A stretch of DNA of 64,000 nt, taken from Mobula hypostoma. Lineage: Eukaryota. The stretch spans positions 109,928,001 to 109,992,000 of the forward strand of contig NC_086107.1 in assembly GCF_963921235.1 (NCBI RefSeq), written 5' to 3'. The stretch's first letter is position 1, and each line of letters opens with the position of its first letter. A model generated the notes under the pieces. That model made no database searches and had not been told where the DNA came from. It worked only from the letters and a program-made list of their open reading frames with translations. Shown one piece after another: positions 1 to 11,741 of the stretch. Made by a program: the position numbers and the translations under genes.

Positions 1-770
1 CAGTGCGGAGGATCAGAGGGATCTTGGGGTCCGAGTCTATAGGACACTCAAAGCTGCTATGCACGTTGACTCTGTGGTTAAGAAGGAATATGGTGTATTG
101 GCCTTCATCAATTGTGGGATTGAGTTTAGGAGCCGAGAGGTAATGTTGCGGCTATATAGGACCCTGGTCAGACCTCACTTGGAGTACTGTGCTCAATTCT
201 GGTTGCCTCACTATAGGAAGGATGTGGAAACCATAGAAAGGGTGCAGAGGAGATTTACAAGGATGTTGCCCGGATTGGGGAGCATGCCTTATGAGAATAG
301 GTTGAGTGAACTCGGCCTTTTCTCCTTGGAGCGACGGAGGATGAGAGGTAACATGATAGAGGTGTATAAGATGATGAGAGGCATTGATCGTGTGGATAGT
401 CAGAGGCTTTTACCCAGGGCTGAAATGGCTAGCACGAGAGGGCACAGATTTAAGGTGCTTGGAAGCAGGTAGACAGGAGATGCCAGGGTAATTTTTTTGT
501 TAAGCACAGAGAGTGGTGAGTGCGTGGAATGGGCTGCCAGTGATGGTGTGGAGGTGGATACGATAGGGTCTTTTTGATAGATAGATATACTTTATTAATC
601 CCGAGGGAAATTTGGTAATTTTAAGAGACTCCTGGACAGGTACATGGAGCTTAGCAAAATAGAGGGCTATGGGTAACCCTAGGTAAATTTCTAAGGTAAG
701 GACATGTTGGGCACAGCTTTGTGGGCCGAAGGGACTGTATTGTGCTGTAGGTCTTCTATGTCTCTATAAG
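1..770 (+). mobile_element. CR1 LINE 3' fragment (end of ORF2 plus 3'UTR)
   Basis: LYRTLVRPHLEYCAQFW...ERVQRRFTRM...LERRRMRG, typical of CR1 ORF2; near-identical to 54200-54895. Confidence 0.92.
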
Positions 771-1012
771 GCGACTGACAGGAAATAATAAAGTAATGGT
801 GGGGTTAGTGGGTGGAGGTGAGGATCGGGGGCTGAAGAAAACTGGTGCCTTTAATTGGCTTCAGGAGGGGATGAGGAATTCTCATCGACAAGGAGAAAAG
901 AAGATCGTTTCACCCTCCCCCTCACATCAGCTTTTCTCTGTCCGTTCCTCAGAGAGGTAACGAGCCAGGAGAGACACACACGGACAGGGAGGAATACGAG
1001 GTCACACCATAC

Positions 1013-1123
1013 CCAGATCATCGGTGGTCCTGCCGTGCCAGTGTTCCAGATCCCGTCTGAAGCGGTCGACCACTTCCTGCGTGTAGGTGGACTGCGCCTC
1101 GCTTTTCCATCTGCTCGAGAGAC
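1013..1123 (-). CDS. CIMIP4: CIMIP4/TEX33 exon (GLSSRWKSEAQSTYTQEVVDRFRRDLEHWHGRTTDDLG)
   Basis: ctgacgttag acceptor, GTATGG donor, 111 nt, phase 1/1; DLEHWHGRxTDDLG motif. Confidence 0.92.
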
Positions 1124-4100
1124 CTAACGTCAGGACAACAGAGCACCCACCTGTCAGATTCCGCTCTGTCCCGAACTCTGTCCAGTACTTCAGGGGAGCC
1201 TGAGGGGAAACCCCCTCACTCGGGGGGTGGTGACGGTGCGGAACGGGCTGCCGGCGCAGATGGTAGGTGCGAGTCCGATTACAGGATTTAAGAGAAGTTT
1301 GGATAGGTACGTGGATGGAGGGGATTTGGAGAGCTGTGTTCCCGATGCAGGTCGATGGAGGTGGGCAGAATAATAGTAGACACAGACTAGAGGGGCCGAT
1401 GGGCCTCTTTCTGCGCTTTAGTATTCTCAAGGAATCTGTGACTCTATTACAAAGTCTCCAAAATTAACATGATTTGAAAAGCTGGCTCTGTTATTGGAGT
1501 CAAACTGGACACACTAGAGGCTGTGGTAGAACAAAGGACCCTACGGAAAATCCTGGCAATCCTGGACAATGTTTCCCACCCTCTGCATGCCACCTTGGCT
1601 GAATAGGGGAGCAATTTTAGTCATAGACTAAGACAACTGCACTGCTCCAAAGAGCACTATATGAGGTCATTCTTACCCTCAGCCATTAGGCTCTATAATG
1701 AGTCAATTAATAGCCGGGGAAGTGATGACCCCCTCCTGTTAGAGTGTTTATGGTAAATTATTTTTTATTCTTTGTACTTCTCTTCTAATATTTATATCTG
1801 TGCACTTGTAATGCTAATGTGACACAGTAATTTCCTTCGGGATCAATAAAGTATCTATCTACCTACCTACCTATGTCCGGCCTGGACTGGCCTGTCTAAT
1901 GCTGATGTTAGGTTTTGTGAAACGACAACTCTTCTTGTTTCCACACTGACCTGCTGAGTGTTCCCCCTTCTCTGTCTAAATTTCACCTTTTCACCGCCAG
2001 CGACATTTAAATGCTACATAATTACAAATTATGGTCAATATTCCTGGTTTTAAGTGTGCTGCTTTGTCTGTCATATCCAACGAGAGCACGTGGGTTTCCT
2101 CCGGGAGGATAATTGGTCACTGTAAATTGTCCCGCAGTTAGGACCGGTCAGGTGTGGGGTGGCGTGGCTCGTTATGCACTTTAAATTTAAAGGCATCCAT
2201 TAGTCTTGCGAGACCATGGATCTGCGCCTGGAAAGTCTTCACTCTCCAGGGCACAGGCCTGGGCAAGGTTGTTTGGAAGACCAGCAGTTGCCCATGCTGC
2301 AAGTCTCCCCTCTCCACGACACCAATGTTGTCCAAGGGAAGGGCATGAGGACCCATACAGCTTGGCACCAGTGTCGTCGCAGAGCACTGTGTGGTTAAGT
2401 GCCTTGCTCAAGGACACAACATGTTGCCTCGGCTGGGGCTCGAACTCACGACCTTCAGGTCACTAGTCTAATGCCTTAACCACTTGGCCACGTGCCCAAC
2501 ACTATGCACTTTATCCCTAAATAAATACATGGTTGCCCGTCGTGTCGGAAGACGACAGGAAACCCGTGCGGGGGAATTTTTAAAGTGGAAAAGCTTTTGC
2601 ACTGGGGAAGTTCCACTCTCTCAGCCTCAGAAGTCCGGGTCCACTAGTACAAACAGTCATCCCAAACCGGGATCTTCCCCGGCCACAGTGGATGACCGTG
2701 ACTTCCTCTGTGTGTCGTCGCGCCCTTCGCTCTCCACGGAGCGTTGGAGCGCCACCTTCCTGGCCGTGGGATCTCACTGTAGTTCACATCCACCCATCCC
2801 GCCAGAGCTGACTTTGTGGTTTTAAGTACCCGATCTGATATAACAGCTTACGTACTCGGAATCGATTAACTACCAACAAAATACCTCCCGCGGGGACATA
2901 AGGATATAGGAACATTCCTGTAGACATAGGTACGTCCTACCCCATTCCACTGCCATACGATGAGCTGCAAGAATAATTGCACAGGTGGCACCATTAGCGC
3001 AAAGCTTTACAGTGCCAGCGACAAGGGTTCAATTTCCGCCGGCATCGAAAAGGAGTTTCAAGCACCACACATAAAAGTTGCTGGTGAACGCAGCAGGCCA
3101 GGCAGCATCTATAGGAAGAGGTACAGTCGACGTTTTGGACCGGGACCCTTCGTCAGGACTAACTGAAGGAAGAGTTAGTAAGAGATTTGAAAGTGGGAGG
3201 GGGAGGGGGAGATCCGAAATGATAGGAGAAGACAGGAGGGGGAGGGATGGAGATATATATATATAAAATAAATAAGTAACGGATGGGATACGAGGGGGAG
3301 GTGGGGCATTAGCGGAAGTTTGAGAAGTCGATGTTCATGCCATCAGGTTGGAGGCTACGCAGATGGAATATAAGGTGTTGTTCCTCCAACCTGAGTGTGG
3401 CTTCATCTTGACAGTAGAGGGGACCGTGGATAGACATATCAGAATGGGAATGGGACGTGGAATTAAAACGTGTGGCCACTGGGAGATCCTGCTTTCTCTG
3501 GCGGACAAAGCGTATAAGGAGTTTGTACGTTCTCCCCACGATCGCGTGGGTTTGCACCGGGCACTCCAGACTCTTTCACGGTCCAATGACCTACAGGTTT
3601 TGGTACAAGTTAGTAGGTTAATTGGTCATTGTAAGTTGTCCCACGATTCGTCTGGGGTTAAATCGGGGGTTGCTGGGCAGTGTGGCTCAAAGAGCTGTTT
3701 TCACGCAGTATCACGATAGATAAATAAATAAGTAAATGGGCAGTACCTGGGAAGATGTTACATCGTAGTGGGTAACCTATCTTTTCATACATGTCTGCCT
3801 CGTCAGTGATGCTCTCCTGCGCCTCTGCTGTCGTGTCCTTGGAATCCAAATCCCTTGCGGGAAATTCCTTCTGATTCAAGAACTCCTTAACCTTCAGGGA
3901 GGCAATGTTAAAAAGCAGATCAGGATGGACATAGGGCAAGCCAAGAGGATTTATGTCCTCTTCGATTTGTTCCGTAAAGCATGAGACAATGTGGGGTTCT
4001 GCTCCATAGATATCATGTAACTCCCTTACCTCACAGAGTACAACAGCACAGAAGCAGGCCCTTCAGCCCATCTAGTCCATGCCAAACTGTTGCCCTCCAT

Positions 4101-7100
4101 ATCCCTCCCATCCATGAACTTCTCTTAAATGTTGTTCATCACCTGGGCTGGCAGCTTGTCCCACACCCTCACCACCCTCTGAGTGAAGAAGTTTCCCCTC
4201 AGGTTCCCCTTAAATATTTCACCTTTTGCCCTTAACCTATGACCTCAAGTTCTAGTCTCACCCAACCACAGTGGAAAAACCCTGTCTGCATTTACCTCCC
4301 CATCATTTTGTATACCCCATGTCAAATCTCCCCTCATTCTCCTACTCTCCAGGGAATGAATCCTAACCTATTCAACCTTTCCCAGGCCATCAAGTCCCAG
4401 GAACATAGTTGTATGTTTTCTCTTCACGGACTGCGTATCTGAGACTATTAAGCCAAGAGTGCCCCTTAGCGACACTTCCATTCCCGTGGGACGGAAGCGC
4501 TCAGCACGGCCTGTGAGCTCAGTGCAGTGCAGAATTCCATGGGGTACTTATGGAATTCTTGCTTTTATCAGTCGAGACATTGAGTTCAAAAGTCAGGAGG
4601 TTATGTCGTAACTTTATAAAACTCTGGTGAGGCCACATCTGGAGGATTGTGCTCATTTCTGGTCGCCCCACTGTAGGAAGGATGTTGAGGCTTTGGAGAG
4701 GGTGCAGAAGAGATTTACCGGGATGCTGCCTGGATTAGAGGTCACATGCTACCACAAGAGGCTGGGCAAACTTGGGTTGTTTTCTCTGGACTGCCAGAGG
4801 CTGAGGGGAGATCTGATAGATGTCTATAAGATTATGAAAGGCATAGATAGAGTAGACAGAGAGTATCTGTTTCCCGGGGTTGAAATATCTAATACCAGGG
4901 GGCATGCACTGAAGGTGAGAAAGGGTAGAGTCAGAGGGGATGTGAGGGGTAAGTTTTTACTCAAAGAGTGCTGGATACCTGGATTACGCTGCCTGGTATG
5001 GCAGTAGGGGCAAATATATTAGAGGATTTTCAAGAGACGTTTGGAAAGGCATATGAATGTATGGAAGATGGAGGGATATGGACCTGGTGTAGGTAGGAGG
5101 GATTAGAGTTTGGGTGTTTTGGATTTGCTTTTTAGCTGGGTCAGCACAACATTGTGGGCTGAATGGCCTGTTCCTGCGCTGTACTGTTCTATGTTCTTAC
5201 AGCACCAGCTTCGGGTGTGCGTTTAGCAGGGTTGAGCCCACAGCTGCCAGCTCAGGGCTGGGAGCCTATGGTTAGGGATACTGTGGATTCCGGTTAACCA
5301 GGGCAGCCACCTATTTGGGACAACTCTGAAAGAACAAAAGCCAATCGTGAAAATAGTCAGGATTCTCTTTTGTCTATTTGGGACACTATGCCGTTTTCAA
5401 ATGTTTTTATTGTGAAGCAACATCAGCTTAACCACAACTGACAATGTCCTAAAAGTACAATGCTTCTTTTTCTAAAAACGCAAACAACAGGAATTCTGCA
5501 GATGCTGGAAATTCAAGCAACATACATCAAAGTTGCTGGTGAACGCAGCAGGCCAGGCAGCATCTCTAGGAAGAGGTACAGTCGACGTTTCAGGCCGAGA
5601 CCCTTCGTCAGGACTAACTGAAGGAAGAGTGAGTAAGGGATTTGAAAGTGGAAGGGGGAGGGAGAGATCCAAAATGATAGGAGAAGACAGGAGGGGGAGG
5701 GATAGAGCCAAGAGCTGGACAGGTGATAGGCAAAAGGGATACGAGAGGATCATGGGACAGGAGGTTCGGGAAGAAAGACAAGGAGGGGGGGGACCCAGAG
5801 GATGGGCAAGAGGTATATTTAGAGGGACAGAGGGAGAAAAAGGAGAGTGAGAGAAAGAATGTGTGTATAAAAATAAGTAACAGATGGGGTACGAGGGGGA
5901 GGTGGGGCATTAGCGGAAGTTAGAGAAGTCGATGTTCATGCCATCAGGTTGGAGGCTACCCAGATGGAATATAAGGTGTTGTTCCTCCAACCTGAGTGTG
6001 GCTTCATCTTTACAGTAGAGGAGGCCATGGATAGACATATCAGAATGGGAATGGGATGTGGAATTAAAATGTGTGGCCACTGGGAGATCCTGCTTTCTCT
6101 GGCGGACAGAGCATAGGTGTTCAGCAAAGTGGTCTCCCAGTCTGCGTCGGGTCTCGCCAATATATAAAAGGCCACATTGGGAGCACCGGACGCAGTATAT
6201 CACCCCAGCCGACTCAGAGGTGAAGTGTTGCCTCACCTGGAAGGACTGTTTGGGGCTTACACTTCCTCCCTTACCACCATTCAGGGCCCCAAACAGTCCT
6301 TCCAGGTGAGGCAACACTTCACCTCTGAGTCAGCTGGGGTGATATACTGCGTCCGGTGCTCCCAATGTGGCCTTTTATATATTGACGAGTTCTCATTGGA
6401 GGATCAGAGGTGGAAAGGATTATCAACTATAAAATCGTAGGTGTCATCGTTTCAGAGGAGCTGTCCCAGGCCCAGCAAGCAAGTGCCATTACAAAGAAAG
6501 CACGGCAGCCCCTCTGCTTCATTAGGAGTTTGCAGAGATTTAGCATGACATCTACAACTTTGACAAACTTCTCTAGATGTGTGTTGGAGAGTATACTGAC
6601 TGGTTGCAACATGGTCTGGCATGGTCTCTATTTCCTGAGGAGAGTGAGGTCCTTTAACATCTGCCGGACGATGCTGAGAATGTTCTACGAGTCTGTGGTG
6701 GCCAGTGCTATCATGTTTGCTGTTGTGTGCTGGGGCAGCAGGCTGAGGGTAGCAGACACCAACAGAATCAACAAACTCATTCGTAAGGCCAGTGATGTTG
6801 TGGGGATGGAACTGGACTCTCTGAAGGTGGTGTCTGAAAAGAGGATGCTGTCCAAGTTGCATGCCATCTTGGACAATGTCTCCCATCCACTACATAATGT
6901 ACTGGGTGGGCACAGGAGTACATTCAGCCAGAGACTCATTCCACCGAGATGCAACACAGAGCGTCATAGGAAGTCATTCCTGCCTGTGGCCATCAAACTT
7001 TGCAACTCCTCCCTTGGAGGGTCAGACACCCTGAGCCAATAGGCTGGTCCTGGACTTATTTCCTGGCGTAATTTACATATTACTATTTAACTATTTATGG

Positions 7101-10100
7101 TTTTGTTACTATTTAATTATTTATGGTGCAACTGTAACGAAAACCAATTTCCCCCAGGATCAATAAAGTATGACTCTACTATACTATGAAAAACACCAAT
7201 GCCCCCTTGAGTGAAAATCCTACAAAAGGTAGTGGATACGGCCCAGTTCACAGGTAAAGCCCTCCCAACCACTGAGCACATCTACGTGAAATGCTGTCAC
7301 AGGAAGGCAGCGTCCATCTTCAGATTCTTCATCTTCAGGTTCTCTTCTCACTGCTGCCATCAGGTAGAAGCTCCTGGAGCCTCAGGACTCACACCACCAG
7401 GTTCAAGAACTGTTTCTACCCCTCAACCATCAGGCTCTTGAACCAAAGGGGATAACTTCACTCAACTTCACTCACCCCATCATTAAAATGTTCCTACGGC
7501 CAATGGACTCAGTTTCAAGGACTCTTCATCTCATGTTCATGATATTTATTGCTTATTTATTTACTATTAGTTCTTTTTTGTGATGGTCTTTCATTGATTC
7601 TGTTATGGTTATTATTCTATAGATGTATTGAGTATGCCCAGAAGAAAATGAATCTCAGGGTTGATAAATGGTGATACATATGTACTTTGATAATAAATTT
7701 ACTTTGAACTTAATTGGGACGGGAGACTGTTGCCAAACAGGTTCTAACTATCGTCAGTCACACACACTGTGTGGCCATTACACACTACAGCAGACTTAGA
7801 GTGAACAGTTTTTAAATAGCATCAGTTGTGTGTGCTTGCGTTCAAAACGCACTGAATTTTGTCACTGGTTGTTGGCAAGAAATAAGCAGTAAGACAACTC
7901 AGAACTGTTTTGCTCACTGTTTTTTTCAAGTATTCAGGCTTGGCGATGCCAGAAATAGTCATGAGTGAAAATGAAATGATTTCACTACTTCGACAAGTTA
8001 GAACTATGAAGATTTTGAGGGTATCGGTAACTATCTTGAATGTTACAGTGAAAATGAAGATTTGGAGGATGCAATCATCGAAAGCATTGTACGAAGGCAG
8101 TCCATTATCCAAAATGCTTGGGGCTGAAAGAGTTTTGGATTTTGAATTTTTCTAATTTTGGAATATATAACGAGATAGCTTGAGATCACCACCATTTCCA
8201 ACTCTGAATTTATGACATACTGGTAAGCAGTGCTTGTCTGCATACTGCATACCATTTACCTTTTAAAATCTTAAAAAATTTAAGGCTGAGTCTTTTCTTA
8301 AATTTCTGCAACCAGCCAGCTGAATATTCATAGTTATCTTAAATTTTCTGTTCATCGTGATAGATCTTTGTTTGTTTCATTATCAGCATACCGTTAAGTG
8401 GCATAGGTTCACTCCAAAGCTGACAAATCCACTCTTTCAATACACAATCGAGATCTTCATTTTCTGCTTTATGTAGTGTTTTTCTATTTTTCATTAACTT
8501 CTGTTCATTACATATGTGAGGTCACTTTGTTGTGTACAGAGGCCAGCACATCACCTGGAAAACTTCCTAGCAACTTGTGGAAATTTCCATTTGTGACATC
8601 GTGTCAGCGCTCAAAAAACCTTTGGATTTTGGAATTTCAGATAAGGGGTGCTCAATCTGTATTAACCCGGGAGGAGGGAGAAGATGGTGGCACAACGACA
8701 GCGCGTGCGGTCACTTCGGTGATGAGTATCTGTTATCTGTCAAGTAGGGGACCGTGCACAATCCTGATTTGATAGAGACGGACGTGAGAGCACAGCGGAA
8801 CATCTGGAAAACTTCTGAAATGACTGCTTTGCTACTGCTGTTACTGTGTGGTAACCGGAATCTCCGGAGCTGAAGGCCTCGAAATCCTCAGCTTTGCGTG
8901 TTTCAGCAGCCGGGGAGAGGGCGAAGGCGCTCAGCAGAGGATGGCGCTTGGGAGGCTGTATCGGAGAGGCTGCTCGGAAGCTCGGAGTTTTTGGACAGAT
9001 GGACTCAATGTCGGCTGTGGTCGGCTGCTTCCAAGGTATTGGCAAGTTGACGGTGCCTGGAGGTTTATGGCAGGGAGTTTCTCCCTTTTGCCGCCTGCTA
9101 TCGGGGACTCGGGAGTCGATCGACTCGGGACTTTGAGAAATTTGTTTTTTACTGTGCCTATGGTCTGTTCTTTATCGAATTATGGTATTGCTTTGCACTG
9201 CTGTAACTATATGTTATAATTATGTGGTTTTGTCAGTGTTAGTCTTTGGTCTCTCTTGTCTTCTGTGATATCACTCCGGAGAAACATTGTATCATTTCTT
9301 AAATGACAATAAAAAGGACTGAGTGTTCTCATAATCTAAGTCTAAATCTATCTACCAGCTTAATACTTATCTATATATTTTGTCTGAAATGCCTCCAAGG
9401 AGCAAGAAACGTTTATACAGAGGTGCAGGAGGGAACCTACACTTGGTGGCCACTTTATCAGGTATACCCGTAATTCTGCTCGTTAATGCGAATATATGAT
9501 CAGCCAATCATGTGGCAGCAACTCAATGCATAAAAGCATGCAGACATGGTCAAGAGGTTCAGTTGTTGTTCAGACCAAACATCAGAATGGGGAAGAAATG
9601 TGATCTAAGTGACATTGACCATGAAATAAATGATTGCTGGTGCCAGACAGGGTGGTTTGAGTATCTCAGAAACTGCTGATCCCCTGGGATTTTCATGCAA
9701 AACAGCCTCGAGAGTTTACAAGAGAATGGGGCAAAAAAAAACACAAAGAAAAATCCAGTGTGGGTGAAAATGCTATGATAATGAGAGAGGTCAGAGGTGA
9801 ATGGCCAGACTAGTTCAAACTGACAAGAAGATGACAGTATCTCAGATAACCACACGTTACAACGGTGGTGTGCAGAAGAGCATCTCTGAACGTACAACAT
9901 GTTGAACCCTGAAGTGGATGGGCTACAGCAGCAGAAGACCATGAACATACACTCAGTGGCCAGTTTATTAGGTACAGGAGGTAAAATGAGTAACTCACAA
10001 GAGAAAAAGTAAAAGATAAAAAGAGGGAAAGTAAACTTGTGTGTTTTGGCAGCTCGGACTGAGTGTTACAAGTAGAAGAAAGTCCTACAATTGGTCTTTC

Positions 10101-11670
10101 ACTCACCTTTTCGTCTGATAGGATCTCGTTCACCACATGGGTCCCAAATTTATGCTGAATATTTTTTGGAATTAGACATTTCTCCTCTGGCGTAGGAAGA
10201 CTCTCTGGGGTCTCGCACAATGGTGACTGCGTGCCGGGTGTCCCTCCCCGCATGGAGACCTCCTCACCGTCGACCTGCCGCTCGCTGCTCCTCCGGTCAG
10301 GGCTGGCGGCCTGGGTTTTGTGCGATGTCTTCAGCCTCGCCTGGCAATCCACGTCTTCGGGCAAACTCTGCCTGGACCCGGTGGTGTTGTGGACGGATTC
10401 CGACTTGGGACGCAGGATACTTTCCGAGTCAACGCAGTGGCCTGATTTTGGGCTGCTAAGCTGCTGGGTTTTGTGGGCAATGTCTGTGCCCTGCGCCAGT
10501 GGAGGTGTCAGCCGATGACAACTGTTAGACGTGTCAGGAAGCTGTTCTTCCTCTGGTATCTCTGTAATTCAGATTCAGATTCATTTATTTATTAAATGTA
10601 CATCAGAACACACAGTGAAGAGTGTCACTGGTGTTCATCACCAACACAACAACGTGCTGGGACTAGCCCATACGTGTCAACACACTTCCAGTGTTCGTTT
10701 AGCATTCCCACAACTCACTAATCCTAATCCGTACAGCTTTGGAAGGTGGGAGGAAACCGGAGCACTTGGAGAAAACCCACACGGTCACGGGGAGAACGTA
10801 CAAACTCCTTACAGACATCGACGGGAATTGAACTCCAATTGCCGATCACGGCCGCCGTAAAGCGTTACGCTAACCACTACGCTCCCGTGCTGCTTCTCTT
10901 CGAGTGAAGAGCGTCTGTCACACCAACCCCGTCTAAGTAACCGAGCGCAAATCTGGCTTCAAGAGTTGCATGGAGGCAGGTATAGTGTGGGGAAGTACAG
11001 TTGTACTGGGAACAGCAAGCATCCTTTTCCCCCAGGGTAAAAAGAGCTAATATGAGAGGGCATAATTTTATGCAGAGGGAAGAAAAGGGGGGAGTGTCAG
11101 AGGTTTGGTAAGGATTGGGCTGCACAGGGTTGGACAAAAGCTGCAGAAAGTTATAAACTCAACCGTCTCCATCATGGACACTAGCCTTCCCGGTATTGAG
11201 GACATCTTCAAAAGGTAATGGATCAAGAAAGTGGCATGCATGATTACAGACCCCCATCACCCAGGACGTGCCCTCTTCTCATTGCTACCATCAGGAAGGA
11301 GATACAGGAGCCTGAAGACACACACTCAACGATTCATAAACAGCTTCTTCCCCTCTGCCATCTGATTTCTGAATGGACTTTGAACCCATGAACACCACCT
11401 CAGTATTTTTGTTCTCTTTTTTCACTACTGATTTCATCTAATTTTTATATACAGCGCCTATAAAAGGTATTCACCCCCCCAGATGTTTCCGTGTTTTATT
11501 GTTTTACAAAATTGAATCACAATGGATTTAATTTGGCTTTTTTTTGACCCTATTCAGCAGAAAAAGTCTCTTTCGTGTCAAAGTGAAAACTGATCTCTGC
11601 AAAGTGATCTAAATTAATCACAAACATTTGCAGATGCTGGAAAACCAAGCAGCACGCACGCACACACACA

Positions 11671-11741
<71 letters not shown>

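Larger units (their letters stand above)
5279..8100 (+). mobile_element. Tigger/pogo-like element split by about 2.3 kb of nested insertions (pieces ~5279-5392 and ~7711-8100)
   Basis: Both pieces are colinear with the intact copy at 51055-51847. Confidence 0.7.

Noticed and set aside
2425..2497. tRNA gene (Thr-like AGT loop)
   Set aside because: It is the head of a TSD-flanked SINE with a second copy at ~25110-25180, and its stems are degenerate.
6410..7042. 210-aa ORF as a host gene
   Set aside because: Chance in-frame fusion of two nested LINE ORF2 fragments.
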